The notes: generated by a model from the letters alone, not told the origin. Positions 38,501 to 53,000 are shown, counted from the stretch's first letter. The stretch is DNA of 64,000 nucleotides from Vicugna vicugna (GCA_013265495.1 MU058781.1:6662522-6726521), one strand, 5' to 3'. Numbers and translations are program-made.

Positions 38501-40919
38501 GTGTTTCCACCCAGAGACAGTGCTGGGAACAGCCAAGAGCTGGCAATGAACCACAGCTCCCTCTTTTGTGGCCCAATAAAGTGGCTGAGTCACGGAGGAG
38601 GGGGTCAGGCCTGTGGCCCCGATGAAAAGCCCGTGAGGACTGTCTCACAGAGACTCCATTCTGGAGTGATTCAGGAGGGCGTCTGCACATACCACAACTG
38701 CTGAGAAAGTAAACGTTCATCTCTACCTGCTAGACGGTGTTTTCCACTGTCTCTCTCTGATACAGACGCAGACTTGACTCAACATCTCTTCTGGACTATG
38801 GGGTGCATGATATTGACAGCACTTGAGGGGAAGTTAAAACAAAGCTCAAATCAAACCCAGGCATTCTCAGACAGGAGGGAGAGTGCTATTAAGATTATTC
38901 CTGGCTAGGTTCCAAGCCAGAGCACTCCAGTATGACTTCCTTAACAGAGACTCATGCTGGGATGAGAGAGAAGAGAGAAGCCTGGGGTTGCAGTCAAATT
39001 CACAGAATCTTTGCACATAATTGTCAGGGACCCAAACCCATATCTACCGTTGCTTTCAGCTCTGTCACAAGCAGCAAGATCTCTCTGAACCACAGTTTCC
39101 TTATCTGTAAAATTGGGACAATATTAGATTCTCTGAATTAACCAACATTCTCTCTTCCACCTGTAAAATACACTGACGCATGCCGACTGCACACTGAATC
39201 ACCTAGCTGGTAGGCTACTCTCCGGACTCCAACCAGCCAAGTTATGTTCCTACAAAGGGTCAGCTGTGTTTGCTCCTAAACTGGTTTGTGTCAGTTGTGT
39301 AATTACATAATTAACAAATGCAAAAAGAGAGTTTGCTTTTTCTAAGAAAACTAGGCTAGATGCTCAGGAACAACTTGATAAAAGTGAGTTGCTGAAAGAA
39401 CTGTCAAATTAGGTATGGGTGAGACAATTTGTAAAAGACTGTAAAGGAAAAAAAAATCTACCAGAGTTCTGCAGTCAGATTGTTTCATAAATGTCTTTTA
39501 AGATGGCATGCACCATTTATAGTGGATCTCTAACAAATGTTTCAAATAGTCAACTACTACTGCTTCTCATAACCACAGGGAAAACGTCTACAGCCTAGAT
39601 AAACTTAACATCTAACAACTGTTGAGTATTTACTCTATGCAAGGCTCTTGCCGAGGGCTTCCCATACACTTGGGTGGCAAAATAATGAGCCAGTGCAATA
39701 TGCCAAAACAAATATTTTGGAACTCTGCTTAAAAAATTGGTTCTATTATGGTTACTGTCAGCTTGGAGAACGTACATTTTGATGCACAGTTAAATAATAT
39801 GAAACAGAAATCATTTCTACCTCTGGGCGCACAAACCCTCCCATCAAACATGGCTACTCTCCCCACAGTAAGAGCCCACTGCCAGGAGGCCATCAGCCGT
39901 CCCCTCATGATACAAAGCAACGTTAGCAGAACAAGAATCAGATGTAAAACATTTCTCCTAAACTGCAGGGTATTACACTGCCTGAAAACCCATCTTAGCA
40001 AATCTGAGCAACACACCATATGGCAAGAACGGTTATGTAATTTCTAAGTCCACAGTCTAGACTCTCTCAGGCCAGGGAATGTTGATGGCCACACCGATCC
40101 CCAGATATGTCCCATGAGATGGATTTTTATTTTTGGTATGAAGATTCACGGGAAAATAGGTTTATGAGAAATATTCTCCCACTACGAAGAACAGCAAAAG
40201 CGAAACCACGGTTTCTGGAAGTCAGTTATTTACCAACATGGCATATTTTAGGCAGTGATTAAAAAAAAATTGATATTTTGTCGAGAATCCCTTAAATGAA
40301 ACAAGTAGTGATTTAAACATTTACAAAGACCTATTATCTGTTACGATGCCCTCAAGCGGATCAGTTTTCACCGTAACTTTATAATCCTAAATGTGGATTT
40401 CTGTTTATGTGCGTGGTGTTGGGGAGAGGAGGCGAAATGGGTTTACATGGAAATGTCATGCTTTGGGTGCCTAATTCTGCAAGTTACTTCTTTTTTTCCC
40501 TTAGCCCTGGCACAAGGGTTTTTGCTTTAAAGATTCAGAATTATGTGCAGACAAGGATTATCATGCCTCTCTAACCAAAATATAGTAATAAGATAGTATA
40601 TTTAAAAAGTGAATTGTCTTAGAGCATGATTCAATGCAATTCAAACGGCTTAACAAACAAGCCTTTGATTTGCCTCTGAAAAGTCCACGGCAACAGCTGT
40701 GTGGCCAGCATAAAATGTCTGATTCATGCTTAACCAGAGGGCTGGAGGAGATCCGAGATCATTCTAGGCCGTATCGCCTCCTTTCACAGATGAAGAGACA
40801 GACATTGCAAAGTTTAGCAGTTTGTGGCAAAACCAGGTCTCGTAAATAGGAGAATATACATTTTCTCTCCAAAGGGCTGATGCTACTGTCAGTACCACTG
40901 CTCCAAGGTGACAATGATA

Positions 40920-41150
40920 AATATTAAGTGAGCCCTTCCTGTGTACCTAGTGTGGACTTAAGCACTTTACACAAACAGGTCACACAGTCCTCAAATCAAC
41001 CCAATGAGGTCGGAACTATCATCATCTTTATTTAACCTAAGAGGAAACAGAAGCATTGTGAGAGTCAGTAATTCACCCGACCTTACATAGATGAAAGGTG
41101 CTGGGGGCAGGGGTGGAACCCAGGCTGTCTGACTTAAAAGCCCACTGCAG
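40920..41150 (-). mobile_element. MIR SINE
   Basis: aagcactttac..cccaatgagg..gaggaaacagaagc..gaacccaggctgtctgac. Confidence 0.65.
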
Positions 41151-42626
41151 TGCCATTACAACTTTATATAGAATTAATGTATTTCTAAATCAGCCTGAGA
41201 GTTGAAGCTCTTACTTGCTGTAGCTTTTAATAAACAGAGTGACACAAAACATAATTGAGGATTTAACCCTGGACACAGTCCATGAAACGGACAGCCTCGG
41301 CCTCTCTTCGCTCTTTCAATCCATGTACTCATCTCTCCCTCTCCCCTCTCCCTCCTGCTCTCTGCACACCCCTCCCCCAAGTTTTGAGAGTTGCCTTAAG
41401 AGCTTGGATTCAGTATCAATGATGCCATTATTCACTAAGCCTGATAAATAGGTCGGTTTCAGGAACTATGTGCTTCCCCTTCTCTCTTTCCTCTATGTCC
41501 CATCAGAGAATGAATTCTTCTATCTTAATGTTTCTATTCACAACTGAAAAGGAATTGCTTCTTTTTAACTAAAGAGGAAAGGAAATCAAATTAGTATAGA
41601 AACCAATCAACTAGTAATATATTTACTAGGCAGATTTTTACAAAGAGTGTAACAAAACCTGAGACAATGGAAAGCAAGAATTTTACTTTTTGTTGGGGTG
41701 GTCACAGCATTCGTACAATAATGGGGATAGCTAAAGTATAAGAAACTTTCTCCTCACATTTTATAAATCGACACTGCTCCATTGGCCAAGAGAATCCTAT
41801 TTCAGGGCTAATTGGAACATGGTATTTGATGTGATCAAGCAAACTAAAATTTAGTAAAGTTTACCCTATCAGTGTGTTTAAAAATCATTTTTGTCTTTTA
41901 AAGTATTTCTGAGCATACTGTTTATAATGAAGAGCTACAGAAATCTTGGGTTTCACATTTGAATTTCATCAACAGTACTTAATAAAGTTATTTCTAGTGA
42001 AAAAAAAAGAAGGTCTGTCCTATATTCAGAGACACAAGTGATACACTGCAGAAAGCTACAATGGTCTCTTTGGGCAGAAATGGAGGATGTAATTCTAAAG
42101 AAATGGAAAAGAAAGAAAAACAATCTTCCTAAAGTATTATTTTAACCGTATCACTCCAATAGCCCCTATTTTTCACCGTATCGGTCTACATTTCTTAGTC
42201 TTAGTTAAATTTTCCTATTATCGGTCTCAGTCAACATGTACAAGTAGGTCTCCCACAGATTCCCTGCAGGAGGCACCTTCTGCTCAGACCAGTGCCACAT
42301 GCCATGCTCACCCCACTTCTGCATCTTCGCTTACGGATAAGCCAAATGAAGCATCATTTGTGGGCACCCTGCATGGGTCAGCCCATTAAGTTACCTATTT
42401 AACCCTTATAACAATATGTAAGAGACGTATTATCATTTCCAGGGTCCCCATTTTACAGAAGAGAAATTGTAGTTCAGAGAGATTAGACTGTCTAAGAGAA
42501 CCAAAGCAAGCATCCTGAGATTTAAACTTAGGATGGACTTCAGAGTCCATGTGCTTTCCTTGATACCATATCGCTTCCTCTTGTCTGGATGCCCTCCATA
42601 CTGCCCTTTGGCTAAACCTATGCTAA

Positions 42627-42795
42627 TTTTTTTTTTTCAAAAAACATTTTAATCAAGTACCTTTTACCAGTTTCAATCTCACTTTAGGTTTATTTATTTA
42701 TTTGTTTGTTTGCTTTAACCGAGGCACTGGGGATTGAACCCAGGACCTCCTGCATGCTAAGCACACACTCTATCACTGGGCTATCCCCTCCCCCC
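42627..42795 (-). mobile_element. tRNA-derived SINE (Vic-1-like) with atypical 3' tag
   Basis: Reverse A/B boxes; TSD atgctaa at 42620 and 42796; polyT at 42627-42637. Confidence 0.9.
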
Positions 42796-44639
42796 ATGCT
42801 AAACTTTTATGTCCAGCTTCAGTCCCATCTCCTCTATGATGCCTTCCCAGGCAACTTCAGTCTTTCCAGATTTTTGCCCCTCCTTGGCTTTTCTATAGGA
42901 CTTAAAACTTGTAAAATTTAGAGTTTAAGGATTATCTCAAAATGTTTACTGCTGTTTGTTACGCATTCATTTGCTTTCTAACTTCATTTTCAAGGGTTTC
43001 CTAGGCTGCACACACAGTAGGGGTCTCATAAATACTTAAGGAACTATTCTGAGACTTTCTGGCTTTCTGGGTTAAATAGAAGGAACAAACAACACGGGGC
43101 TGGTGAACAGAATGGGCGGCAGAGAGTCATGGAGCAGAGGTCACGGAAGGAACACTGGGCGACATGATAAAAGACCTTAAACGTCATCCAAGGAGTATAG
43201 ATTTTATCTGTAAGTGATGAGGAGTCCTTGAAAATATTTGAGAATTGCGTAATAAGAGTTTTAATTCAGAAAGCCGTATTTGACTATATCCTGAGTAACA
43301 TCAAGAGAACAGAGTAAGATTGGGCTTTGTACAGCCACTGCATTTGTCCTCAATCGTTTCTATCACAGTATGAAGCGTTTAACTTTTGCTTACTTAAGTC
43401 CAAAAGCACACACCCAGCAAAAAAATATACACAGTGCTGACAGTCAAGACAGACCATTCCAGACTCTGCAGAATTTATTATCTAAAGTCCCAAAGGACTG
43501 CTAAGAAACAACAACAAATTAATTACAACCAACACTAAGAACTATTTATTCACATTAATAAAATACACTGTTGAAGTTGCCGAAATAATGTTTGGAAAGA
43601 AAGGCTAATTTACCCAACGTGAGAAACAGAAGGAATTTTCCTTGTTCAAGACTATTAACTTTTGAAGAAAGCCTTATTATTTACCAAGTACGTTCTCAAC
43701 AAATTTGCTTTACATGGCAAGGAAAAGGCTACCAATAAATAAAATTTCCTACAAGCAAGTAACTTGCTTTGCCTTCTAATCTTTTAAGACCTACATCCTC
43801 TCCATCATCCCCTCACTTTTTTTTCTTTCTTTTTTTAAGTAAATGAGAAAGTCATTCAGCTCATATTCTTATAAGTAGAAATAAGGAGAAAACAGCCCTG
43901 TTAAGACTATATTATCTAAGAAAAGTGGGACACGATCAGAAAGGAAGAAATGAAAGACTTCCTCCACTAAAACAAATGCTTCCCACTTGAGCTAATGTAG
44001 TAACTCCTAGGAAAGTTTAAGATTCCTCTGCGATCACAAATAATAAAATAAGCAGTCATTTGTATTCAACGAAACAGCAATAAAATGCCTCAAGGGAGGA
44101 ACAACAGCAAAATGTGAGGCCAGGGGGCAATGTTTCCCTGAGGAATGTACAGTTTTAGCCCATATCACACTGACTGCTTTAGAACACTCAGGAGGTGAGG
44201 GGTCCTAGACACCGACACCGTCCATGCTTTGCTTGTATAACTGGAGCAGTGCATTCTCTGAAAGTCAGTGACAGGGAAAGGCCTGGCACATTAAACCTCT
44301 TCACCTGGTGACAACAGCTTCCATTTACGGCTTGAAGTGGTTCCCCATTCTCTCTTATCCTTCGAACACCTCTGACGACACTGAATACCCCTTTACAAGG
44401 AAGAACCTGAAGCCTAATGAGTTTGAAAAAAAAGACCTGCCCATGGCTTCTCAGCCAGTGGCTGAGCTGGATGCTGAAGTCAAATCTTATTGACTGCAAA
44501 GCCCGCGTGCTAGAATTGGAAAGGATGAGTGCGAATTTTTATGGGAAAAACAGAACTCCAGAATAATTAAAGGAAACAGACATAATGGAAGAAGAGGCCA
44601 AAGGCCCAACCGTCACGTGCAGAGAGAACGCCAACTTAC

Positions 44640-44700
44640 CAGCATATTTTGTAGTGTTAGATTCATCCATGGACCAAAAGCAATAATCAAATGCAAATAC
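44640..44700 (-). CDS. KIF13A: KIF13A coding exon (~exon 4, 61 nt): VFAFDYCFWSMDESNTTKYA(G)
   Basis: Acceptor ttcattcag|GTA, donor G|gtaagt; kinesin-3 FAFDYCFWS motif. Confidence 0.96.
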
Positions 44701-47700
44701 CTGAATGAAAGAACAAAATGTTAAACTTAAAAATTTATTAACTTCCATGAGCAAATCAGACTGAAAAAAAAATTCACTGATGAAAATGGGGATGCCTGCT
44801 ATTGTCTGACTAAAAAACAAAAACAAAAACAAAAAACACCATAGGTTTGATGCTTTGTTAACCCTGAGGTTTCTTTCAGACTAAATTGATAGTTATCTTT
44901 TTGTATTAGAGTAAGTTGCATATGAAAATCGCTACTTATCCAGAATTCAAACAAGGAGATATCTTAGCCAAAATTTTTTAACGATACATTTCTTGAGGAA
45001 AAAACAATGACTTCTCACCCAAGTCCACAGTTCCAGCACCTGCTGAAACCCTCTAGCTGGATCTTCCATGGCTTTGCAAGAAATACTGAAGTGATCAACG
45101 TTAAACCAGTTTCTTCTAACTTTCCATGATACTACCATTCTAGCATAGCTGAAACTTTGTCAAAACTCCCCACATTCCCGGAAATCTTGGGATGCCCATC
45201 CTGGGCCAAGTATTGTTAATCAATCAGTAATTCACTCTTGCATGCATTAGTTTTCTGTCTAGTTACTGAATGCCTGCTACGTACTAGGAATGGCTGGTGC
45301 TGCCCCGTAAGGACACTCATCCAATCACTGTTTTCCAGGCCAGTGACCACCACTCATGTTCTGGCCATCACTAGGAAACGCACAGGGCAACTTCCCCAAA
45401 GTGTGCTCCAGAGAACAGCAGTTTCATTAGATAGTCCGTGAAATAAAGATTAAATCATGTTGGAAAGGGTAGATATTTTACCCCATTTAAGATTTTCCAT
45501 GCAATTCTCAATATTAAAGGCTCTACATAGACCTCCTGCAAATCAACCCATTTAAATTGTGTAACCTTTTTATTTCTCCAATTAATTTTGGTGAGGAGAT
45601 CCTTTCTTTCTTTCTTTCTTTTTGGTTTGTTTCTATCTCCCAATTCTTTATTGGTTAATGGCAGGGAAGTGAGAAAAAGCAGGGAAGTGAGAAAAGGAAA
45701 AGGATTAAGTAAAATGTCATTTATATAGAAGACTTTTTTTTTTCTACAGTGGCCACAATACCGAGGACAGGCTTCTGTTCTGGTATGCGGTCTGCAGGGG
45801 AAACTGGCCCCTGCAGAGGGCTCTAGACGCTTAATGAAGTTTTCCAATGAAAGGAAAGTCAAGTCTAGGGGAGAGGCAGGAGGTCTAGGCCAGTTCAGGA
45901 TCCAGCAAAAAGACAGGACAAAACAAACAAATACACAAACACTCTCCCCTTCTCAGAAGAGTTCATCCCACACTGTTCCGTGCAGTTGGGTCATTAATAG
46001 GATCAGGAGGAGGCTGACATGGTCCAGAGTATACTTGGAAACCATGGAACATTCTGTCTCTTCTTGCTGAACACAGAACATTGAACCTGATAACTAAGAT
46101 TCTGACTGGAACCAATCAAATGATCCCAGGGTACAATACTGATTTCTTCCAACTAAGCGTCACGGCAGGGAGAAGGGCCTACTGACAGGCTGCACCTGGG
46201 TGCCTCCTCCCCAGCCACACGGAGCACTTCCTTTCCCCTAGACTGTAGGGATGAGGAGACCCCTTCTTAAGTAATACCTATTGGCATGCCTTGTCTTAAC
46301 ACACACTAGTGTTTCTCAGCACATCACTAACTGAGAAAATTGGGTCAGGTGACTCAGCAGCCAGTTTCCTGGTCTCCTTGTGACAGCCTGTCCCCCCTTG
46401 TGATCCTAGCAGTAAATCAGAGTCCTCCCATGGACAGGGACTCTCTCATGCTCAGTCTTTTCCAAGAGCCCTTAAGCCATGAGCAATCAGAACCCAAGCG
46501 CTCTGACCTGCCATTTGAGACTGGCCATAGGAGACCTTTCCAGCCTACGCCCCCCCACCTTCCTTATGCTTCAGCTGAACTTGTCCGTACCTTGGAATTA
46601 GTAGGTATAATTCCACTCCTGTCATTTTCTTCGTTTCCACCCGTCAAAATGCTTTATATTCCTTTTGGCCCAGTTCGACATATTTTTCTTCCAGGAAGCA
46701 TTCCTTGGTAAAATCCAAAGGGATTAGCTTTCCCTTCTTTTTTCTGAGTTTTCGCAGTACTGTTAAATCTTGTTTTTATGACTCCCATCCCAATTATTTT
46801 ATTTTGCATTTATCATGTATATGATCTGAGCATATGTTTTATCTCTACTGGGAGATTAAGATCCTTGAAAGCAGGAACCAACGTAATTTATATTTGTATC
46901 CTGCAGTGTCCACAACAGTTGCTTTATAATTACGTATTAAATGATGATTGGCATTAAGACCTTGCAAGAAAGCAGGTACTTTCCACATCATCAAAAGACT
47001 GAGTTATGCTCTGAATAGTTTCAGGACTACACACACTTTAATGCTTTTAACACTGACTCAGGTACACATACAATTTACATACAATTTACAGCATCAACCT
47101 CAAATCCAAATTCAATTTTGTTACCTATACAAACATTCCCTCTGGTCTTATAATAACCAAGCTTAAAACAAACAGCTATGAAACAATAGTTTCAGCCAAC
47201 AGAGTGTGAAATGTTTACTGCATTAGAGGGCTCTTCCACTGGCTTGAGAGACCACACGGGCGAAATCCAGTTAATCTTCCTGCCTCAAGGCAGGACTGGA
47301 CTTCAACACTTCTCCTGAGAGATGAAGATCTCTCTTGTTTTTAAATATTTCCAGAAAAGGAGGCTCCACAACCTCCTTTTAATGGCATCTTATAACACTT
47401 TTCCTTCTTTCTCAGGACATTTTCCTTTCTTTTTGACCTAAGTCAACTCTCCTTACTTCAAATGGCTAACAGAGGCCACTTTCCAATTTTTAAGTATCTT
47501 CACTGTTTCCCCCTAGAGTTGCAATGAATTCCTCTTCGTAGTTGCCATATATGGTAAAATAATCATTTATTCCCTGTATGTTAATGTTGCATACCTAGCT
47601 GAAACTTATTTTTGACAGTTTGCTATTTTGCATTCAAGGCTAGAAAGCTAGAGATTTACATTCACAGTAATGTTACTTGAAATAAAATGAAATCCACTCC

Positions 47701-50037
47701 CAAAATGAGGATCTACCTCTCATTAATAATCACTCCAAATTCTGTGCCAACTTTCCTTTCTAACAAACCGTTAACAGTTTAAAATTGTTTTTGCACATAA
47801 AACGGAAGACGTTTTCATTTTAGGCATTTGCTGCCTCCCGCCCACCTCAAATTCAGACAAATCTTAAAATCCTGCAGAGAAGAGAAAGTCCTGATGGTAC
47901 TGGCAGACACAAGTGTTCTCTGCTTGCCAAATACTGGCCTCTCCCTGAACCGAATCATGTCTCGAATTTCAAAACCTTTGATCACAAGCATTTTTGAATG
48001 GTCATCCCTCACATCAGTCATGGAGTATAGGTTATTATTTTACTCAACATTTATCAGTAGGAAAGTTGAAGCCCAGAAATCTGAGGGATTTCCCTAAAAA
48101 CTCAAAGCAACTGAATAGAAAGACTCTTCTCATTTTTTTTTTTCTTTAATGCCAGTGATCACCCCCTTCTATGAAATTCTCCAGCACTCTGTAGCTCCGG
48201 TGGCACTAGTTCACATGTGGTCCTATTTTACGCCTTAGTTCTTCTAGCGTGGGTCTCACCTTCAGTCCAAAGGTGAACCTCTTGGGGGCAAGGACTTTGT
48301 CTCATGCACCTCATAGTGCCTGGGTCAGCACCTCAAACAGAGAGGCCACTGTATGTAATATGTTTTCAATAAGCGGACATAATACCAGGAGGAGATGGAA
48401 TGCAGACAAGAACACGGCATGGACGTGAGAAACTTATGGAAAAGCAGAAGTTCAAACTGCAAGACAGATTTTTAAATGTTTCGTTACTTTCAGATGCACG
48501 TTTTTGGGGACTGTGGTTCCTTCAACGGTCAAATACAGATTTGGTCACTAGATAAGTACTCTCTGCACACTGTTTCATGGCTCGTGTGGATAAACAAGTA
48601 TGGCCATATAAAGCATAATTTGTAGTTTGTACAGAAATTAGAACAACTGTTTATTTGTTGCTAGAATAACTACTTGTTATGACTGTTACTATAACAGTTT
48701 TAAAGATGTTTAAAATAATTTGTCTTAGGTAGCCAGATCATTTCCCTTGCAACCTTGTTAGTACTATAAATACACTAGTGTTCACAAACCATTTCTTTTC
48801 ATTGCCCCCCCCCCTCCAAAATTAATTTTAATTTAATCACAGAAGGTTTGTAACAAAAGGGGACATGATTTTCTCAGGTATTACAGTAGTTTTGATTGTC
48901 TAATACAAAATCCATTGACATTTCAAAGGAGATAACAAAACCATTTTCTTGAGAGTTATTCCTTGAAATCTAACTACTTCAGATAAAATCTTTTTTCCCC
49001 CAAAACTAACACTTTAGACTAGAGAAATACATTATTTAAGATTTCAAACTCATTTCATTAGAATTCCTAAATGCTTATTTCACCTATTCATTATGAAGTC
49101 ACTAGGACATTAGTATCTTAACTAGAGAGTAGGAGACAGGGGACTTAATGTACACAACTGAGTAAAAAATAAATCAAATTTGGAAACCAAGTATAACATC
49201 ATATTTCATCAATGCCAGTCAACACTGTGAGGACATTTTTTGTAAAGCCATCCACACCGTCCAAGAGCCTTCAATAAAAAAAAGAGCCAAAGGTACAAAT
49301 GCTTCCCAACTGTCTTTAAAATCTGAAAGCCATTGTCTTCATTGTTCTCAATAGAATGTGACTCCACCTTCTCAGAGTCCCACTCCTCCTTCTTAGTTTC
49401 CAACTTATAAAACTCAGACCAGCATTTAATTCCCTGCAGCTTGCTGTACACATCTGCTCCACCTTCAGCACTTAAAAATGTTAGCTTTGCATCCTCGTGA
49501 ACCACTGAACATCCAGTAAAGTTACTACAAGCTGGTTTTAATAAGCTGCATGTGCTGGGTGATATACACTCTGAAGCAAAGGAGCCCCAGGACTTAGCAG
49601 TAGAATAAAGCAGAGTCAAAGCCCACTCCTATCCAAAAGTCCCACCTCATTGGTATTTCAGCAAAATTCAATTTGCAATTTTAAAAAATGAAAGAAAGAA
49701 AGAGAGGGAGGGAGGGAGGAAAGGAGAAAGCATCTCCCAAGTTCCTTGAAGAACAAGAAGGCATCACTGCCCCTGATCCATAAAAACCAAATGTAAAGAT
49801 ACTTTCAACTGCATGACCTCTGTACCCTTCATTCATTCGTTCTACTTGTATGTTTGGATAAAATGTTTAATCCAGAAAGTAATCAACAAATACCTGGCTG
49901 CCACTCTTCTCAGTTTTAGGTATTATAGGGAACTCAACTACACATCAGGCATGTTTTTTGTCTTCTAGTTGCTAACTGTCTAGTTACAAAGATAAAACAT
50001 AAAACAATTATTCTTGAAAATTAAAAACCACATTTTT

Positions 50038-53000
50038 TTGAGGGTAGAGAAGCAAGATGGTGGAGTAGAAGGACGCTTGTAGCTCACCTTCAACCACAAA
50101 TACAACAAAACTCCCATCTATGGACCCACTCAGCCAACCAGAGCACCTGCTGAACTCTGACAGAACATCGCCCTCTTCAAAAGACAAAGATGCTAAAAAT
50201 CTGGTAGGAGAAAAGGAAAAAAGGAAGAAGAAAAAGCAAAACAGTGTGGGACCGATTCTGGGGGGAGGGAGCAGCAAAGGAGGACTGGCGCTCATTCGCT
50301 GGGTCTCCCCTCTCCAACGGAGAGGTCAACAGGTCGGAGGGGGAGCCTCAGAGGCTCAGATCTGCCCTGAGCACCCCCTGACTGACAGAACTGAGTTAAA
50401 CAGGCACAAAGGGTCCCGGTGACGCCCAGCCAAAGATGCGAGCCGGCAGCTGGGGCCGGGACAGGCTGCCTGAGCCGGGCGGAGGACGGGGGCAGCTGCA
50501 CTGAGGCAGCCCCAGGGGGCTGCAGGGGGCTGCGTGCCGTGGCTGGGAGGGGATACGGAGCAGAACAACCTCAGTCCGCCATAAATTGCAAAAAAAGCAA
50601 AACAACATGGCTGGTGTGTCCTGGGGGTAGGGGCGCCACAGCCTTTGTCTCCTCAGACCTGCGCTGCCATTACTGGCGCTTCTCGCGAGAAGAGAGGCGG
50701 GGCACAGCCACAGCCACTGTCTCCTCCTGTGCACAGAGCCTGGGCGGGGGCAGGGCCGAGAACTGAATCCGCACCCGGGGGCTCCCCAATGTCCTAGGCA
50801 GGACTGAGATTTGTTTATAGCCCGAGGCAGATAAGATCTTTCTGCCCTGGCACCTCAGAGAACTCACGCTGCCGAGACAAACAAGGAGCTGAGGTTTGGT
50901 ACAGAGCAGGGGTGGGGCTGTTCCGCGGTCTTCCCCAAGCCCACCTTCAAGCCTGCCTTTGGAGCACTGACCCAAGGCGGAGTGGGCAGCTGCACAGAGC
51001 AGCAGAGGGGCTGGTGCCGGGAGAGGACAGGTGGCCCCCCACCTTCCGGGCAGGAACACGGTGCTGGGAGGAGGCACAATCCACCCACCTGCCTCGCCCG
51101 AGCACAACATTTGACTGCGGCATCAGGAAGGGGAGTGACCCTCCCGCCCACGGGATAAGAGCTCAGCACCTGACCCAGTGTTGGGAGGGGGTGCAATCTG
51201 CTAGCCAACAGCCACTGGGAGCAGCACAGATGAAGGCGCCAACAGAGGGCTTCTGAAAACAGCAAGCTGAGCTTGCAAAACAGGGCGAAGACACAAAGAC
51301 CTCTCGATAAAATCACTAAGAGCACACCATCTCCAGAAGAACTAGATAACTGATACTCCTTAAGCCACAATGCCAGAGAGATATGAGCAATATGAAGCAG
51401 AGGAACCACTCCCAATTAAAAGATCAAGAGAAATCCCCTGAAAGCACAATCAAGGAAATAGACATTGATGGCTTACTAGATCAAGATTTCAAAAAATGAC
51501 TGATCAAAGTAATGAAGGAACTGAAAGAAATAGTGTTTAGAGATATAAAATATGTCAAAAATGAAATAGAAGCTATAAAGAAGAACCAAGTAGAATTAGT
51601 AAACTCATTTGCTGAGGTGAGAGCTGACCTAAAGGCTGTACAAAGCAGGCTAGATAATGCAGAGAAACGAATAAATGACCTAAAAACGAATAACTAGAAG
51701 ACAGGACAACAGAAAGCACCCAATCAGAAGAGCTGAGAGAAAAACAAATAAAAAACAATAAAAACAATATAAGGGACCTATGGGATAATATAAAGCGTGC
51801 CAACCTACGCATAACAGGGATTCCAAAAGGAGAAGAAAGAACAAAGGGGATTGAAAAGGTATTGGAAGAAAACATGACTGAAAACTTCCCAAACCTAAAG
51901 GAATCAGATATCCAAGTACAGGGGGCTCAGAGGGTCCCAAACAGGAAGAACCCAAACAGACCCACACCAAGACATATCATAATCAAGATGGCCAGAGTCA
52001 AGGATAAAGAAATGATCCTAAAGGCAGCAAGAGAAAAGCAAAAAGTGAGTTACAAGGGAACCCCCATAAGGCTCTCAGCTGATTTCTCTACACAAACACT
52101 ACAGGCCAGAAGGGAGTGGCAAGATAATATTCAAAGTCCTGAATGAGAAAAAGATGCAGCCTAGGATACTCTATCCAGCAAGGCTATCCTTTAGAATAGA
52201 AGGAGAGATAAAGAACTTCACAGACAAGCAAAAACTAAAAGAGTTTAGCAACACTAAGCCCATGCTAAAAGAAATATTGACAGGTCTACTCTAAATAGAA
52301 AAGAAGCAGGATGCTACAACAATGAAAAACTTATAACTGGAAAGGAGATAACTGCCATGAATTACAAAAAGAATAAACACAAAATTGTAAAAGAAGACAT
52401 CTAAATCATTAAGAGTGGAAGAGGGAAGCAAGGAAAGCTACTGTGGAAAACAGTATGGAGATTTCTCAAAAGACTAGGAATAGACTTACCATATGACCTG
52501 GGAATCCCACTCCTGGGCATATATCCAGAAGGAACCCTACTTCAAAATGACACCTGCACCCCAATGTTAATAGCAGCACTATTTACAATAGCCAACACAT
52601 GGAAACAGCCTAAATGTCCATCAACAGATGACTGAGTAAAGAAGATGTGGTATATTTATACGATGGAATACTATTCAGCCACAAAAACCGACAACATAAC
52701 ACCATTTGCAGCAACATGGATGTTCCTGGAAAATGTCATTCTAAGTGAAGTAAGCCAGAAAAATAAAGAAAAATACCATATGAGACCGCTTATGTGAGGA
52801 ATCTAAATACATACATACATACATAAATACATACATACAAAACAGAAACAGACTCATAGACATAGAATACAAACTTGTGGTTGCCAAGGCGGCAGGGGGT
52901 GGGAAGGGACAGACTGAGATTTAAAAATGCAGAATAGATAAATAAGATTATACTGTATAGCACAGGGAAATACATACAAGATCTTGTGGTAGCTCATAGT

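Larger units (their letters stand above)
1502..44700 (-). other. KIF13A: KIF13A kinesin-3 gene, span of the 13 internal coding exons in this window (gene extends beyond both ends)
   Basis: Exons splice in frame (1627 nt) into VFAFDYCFWSMDESNTTKYA...GQTGSGKS...NEESSRSH...DLAGSER...[15 protein letters not shown]...FHA...EVIMKTLNSN, matching KIF13A as I recall it. All introns are GT-AG. Confidence 0.97.

Noticed and set aside
39330..39510. Possible Tigger transposase remnant
   Set aside because: Resemblance too faint to call without an HMM or RepeatMasker search.
45661..45695. 18-bp direct repeat gcagggaagtgagaaaa(a)
   Set aside because: Small slippage duplication with no evidence of function.
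50008..51415. Many overlapping 95-183 aa ORFs on both strands
   Set aside because: They fall in the GC-rich, stop-poor L1 5'UTR and show no recognisable protein homology.
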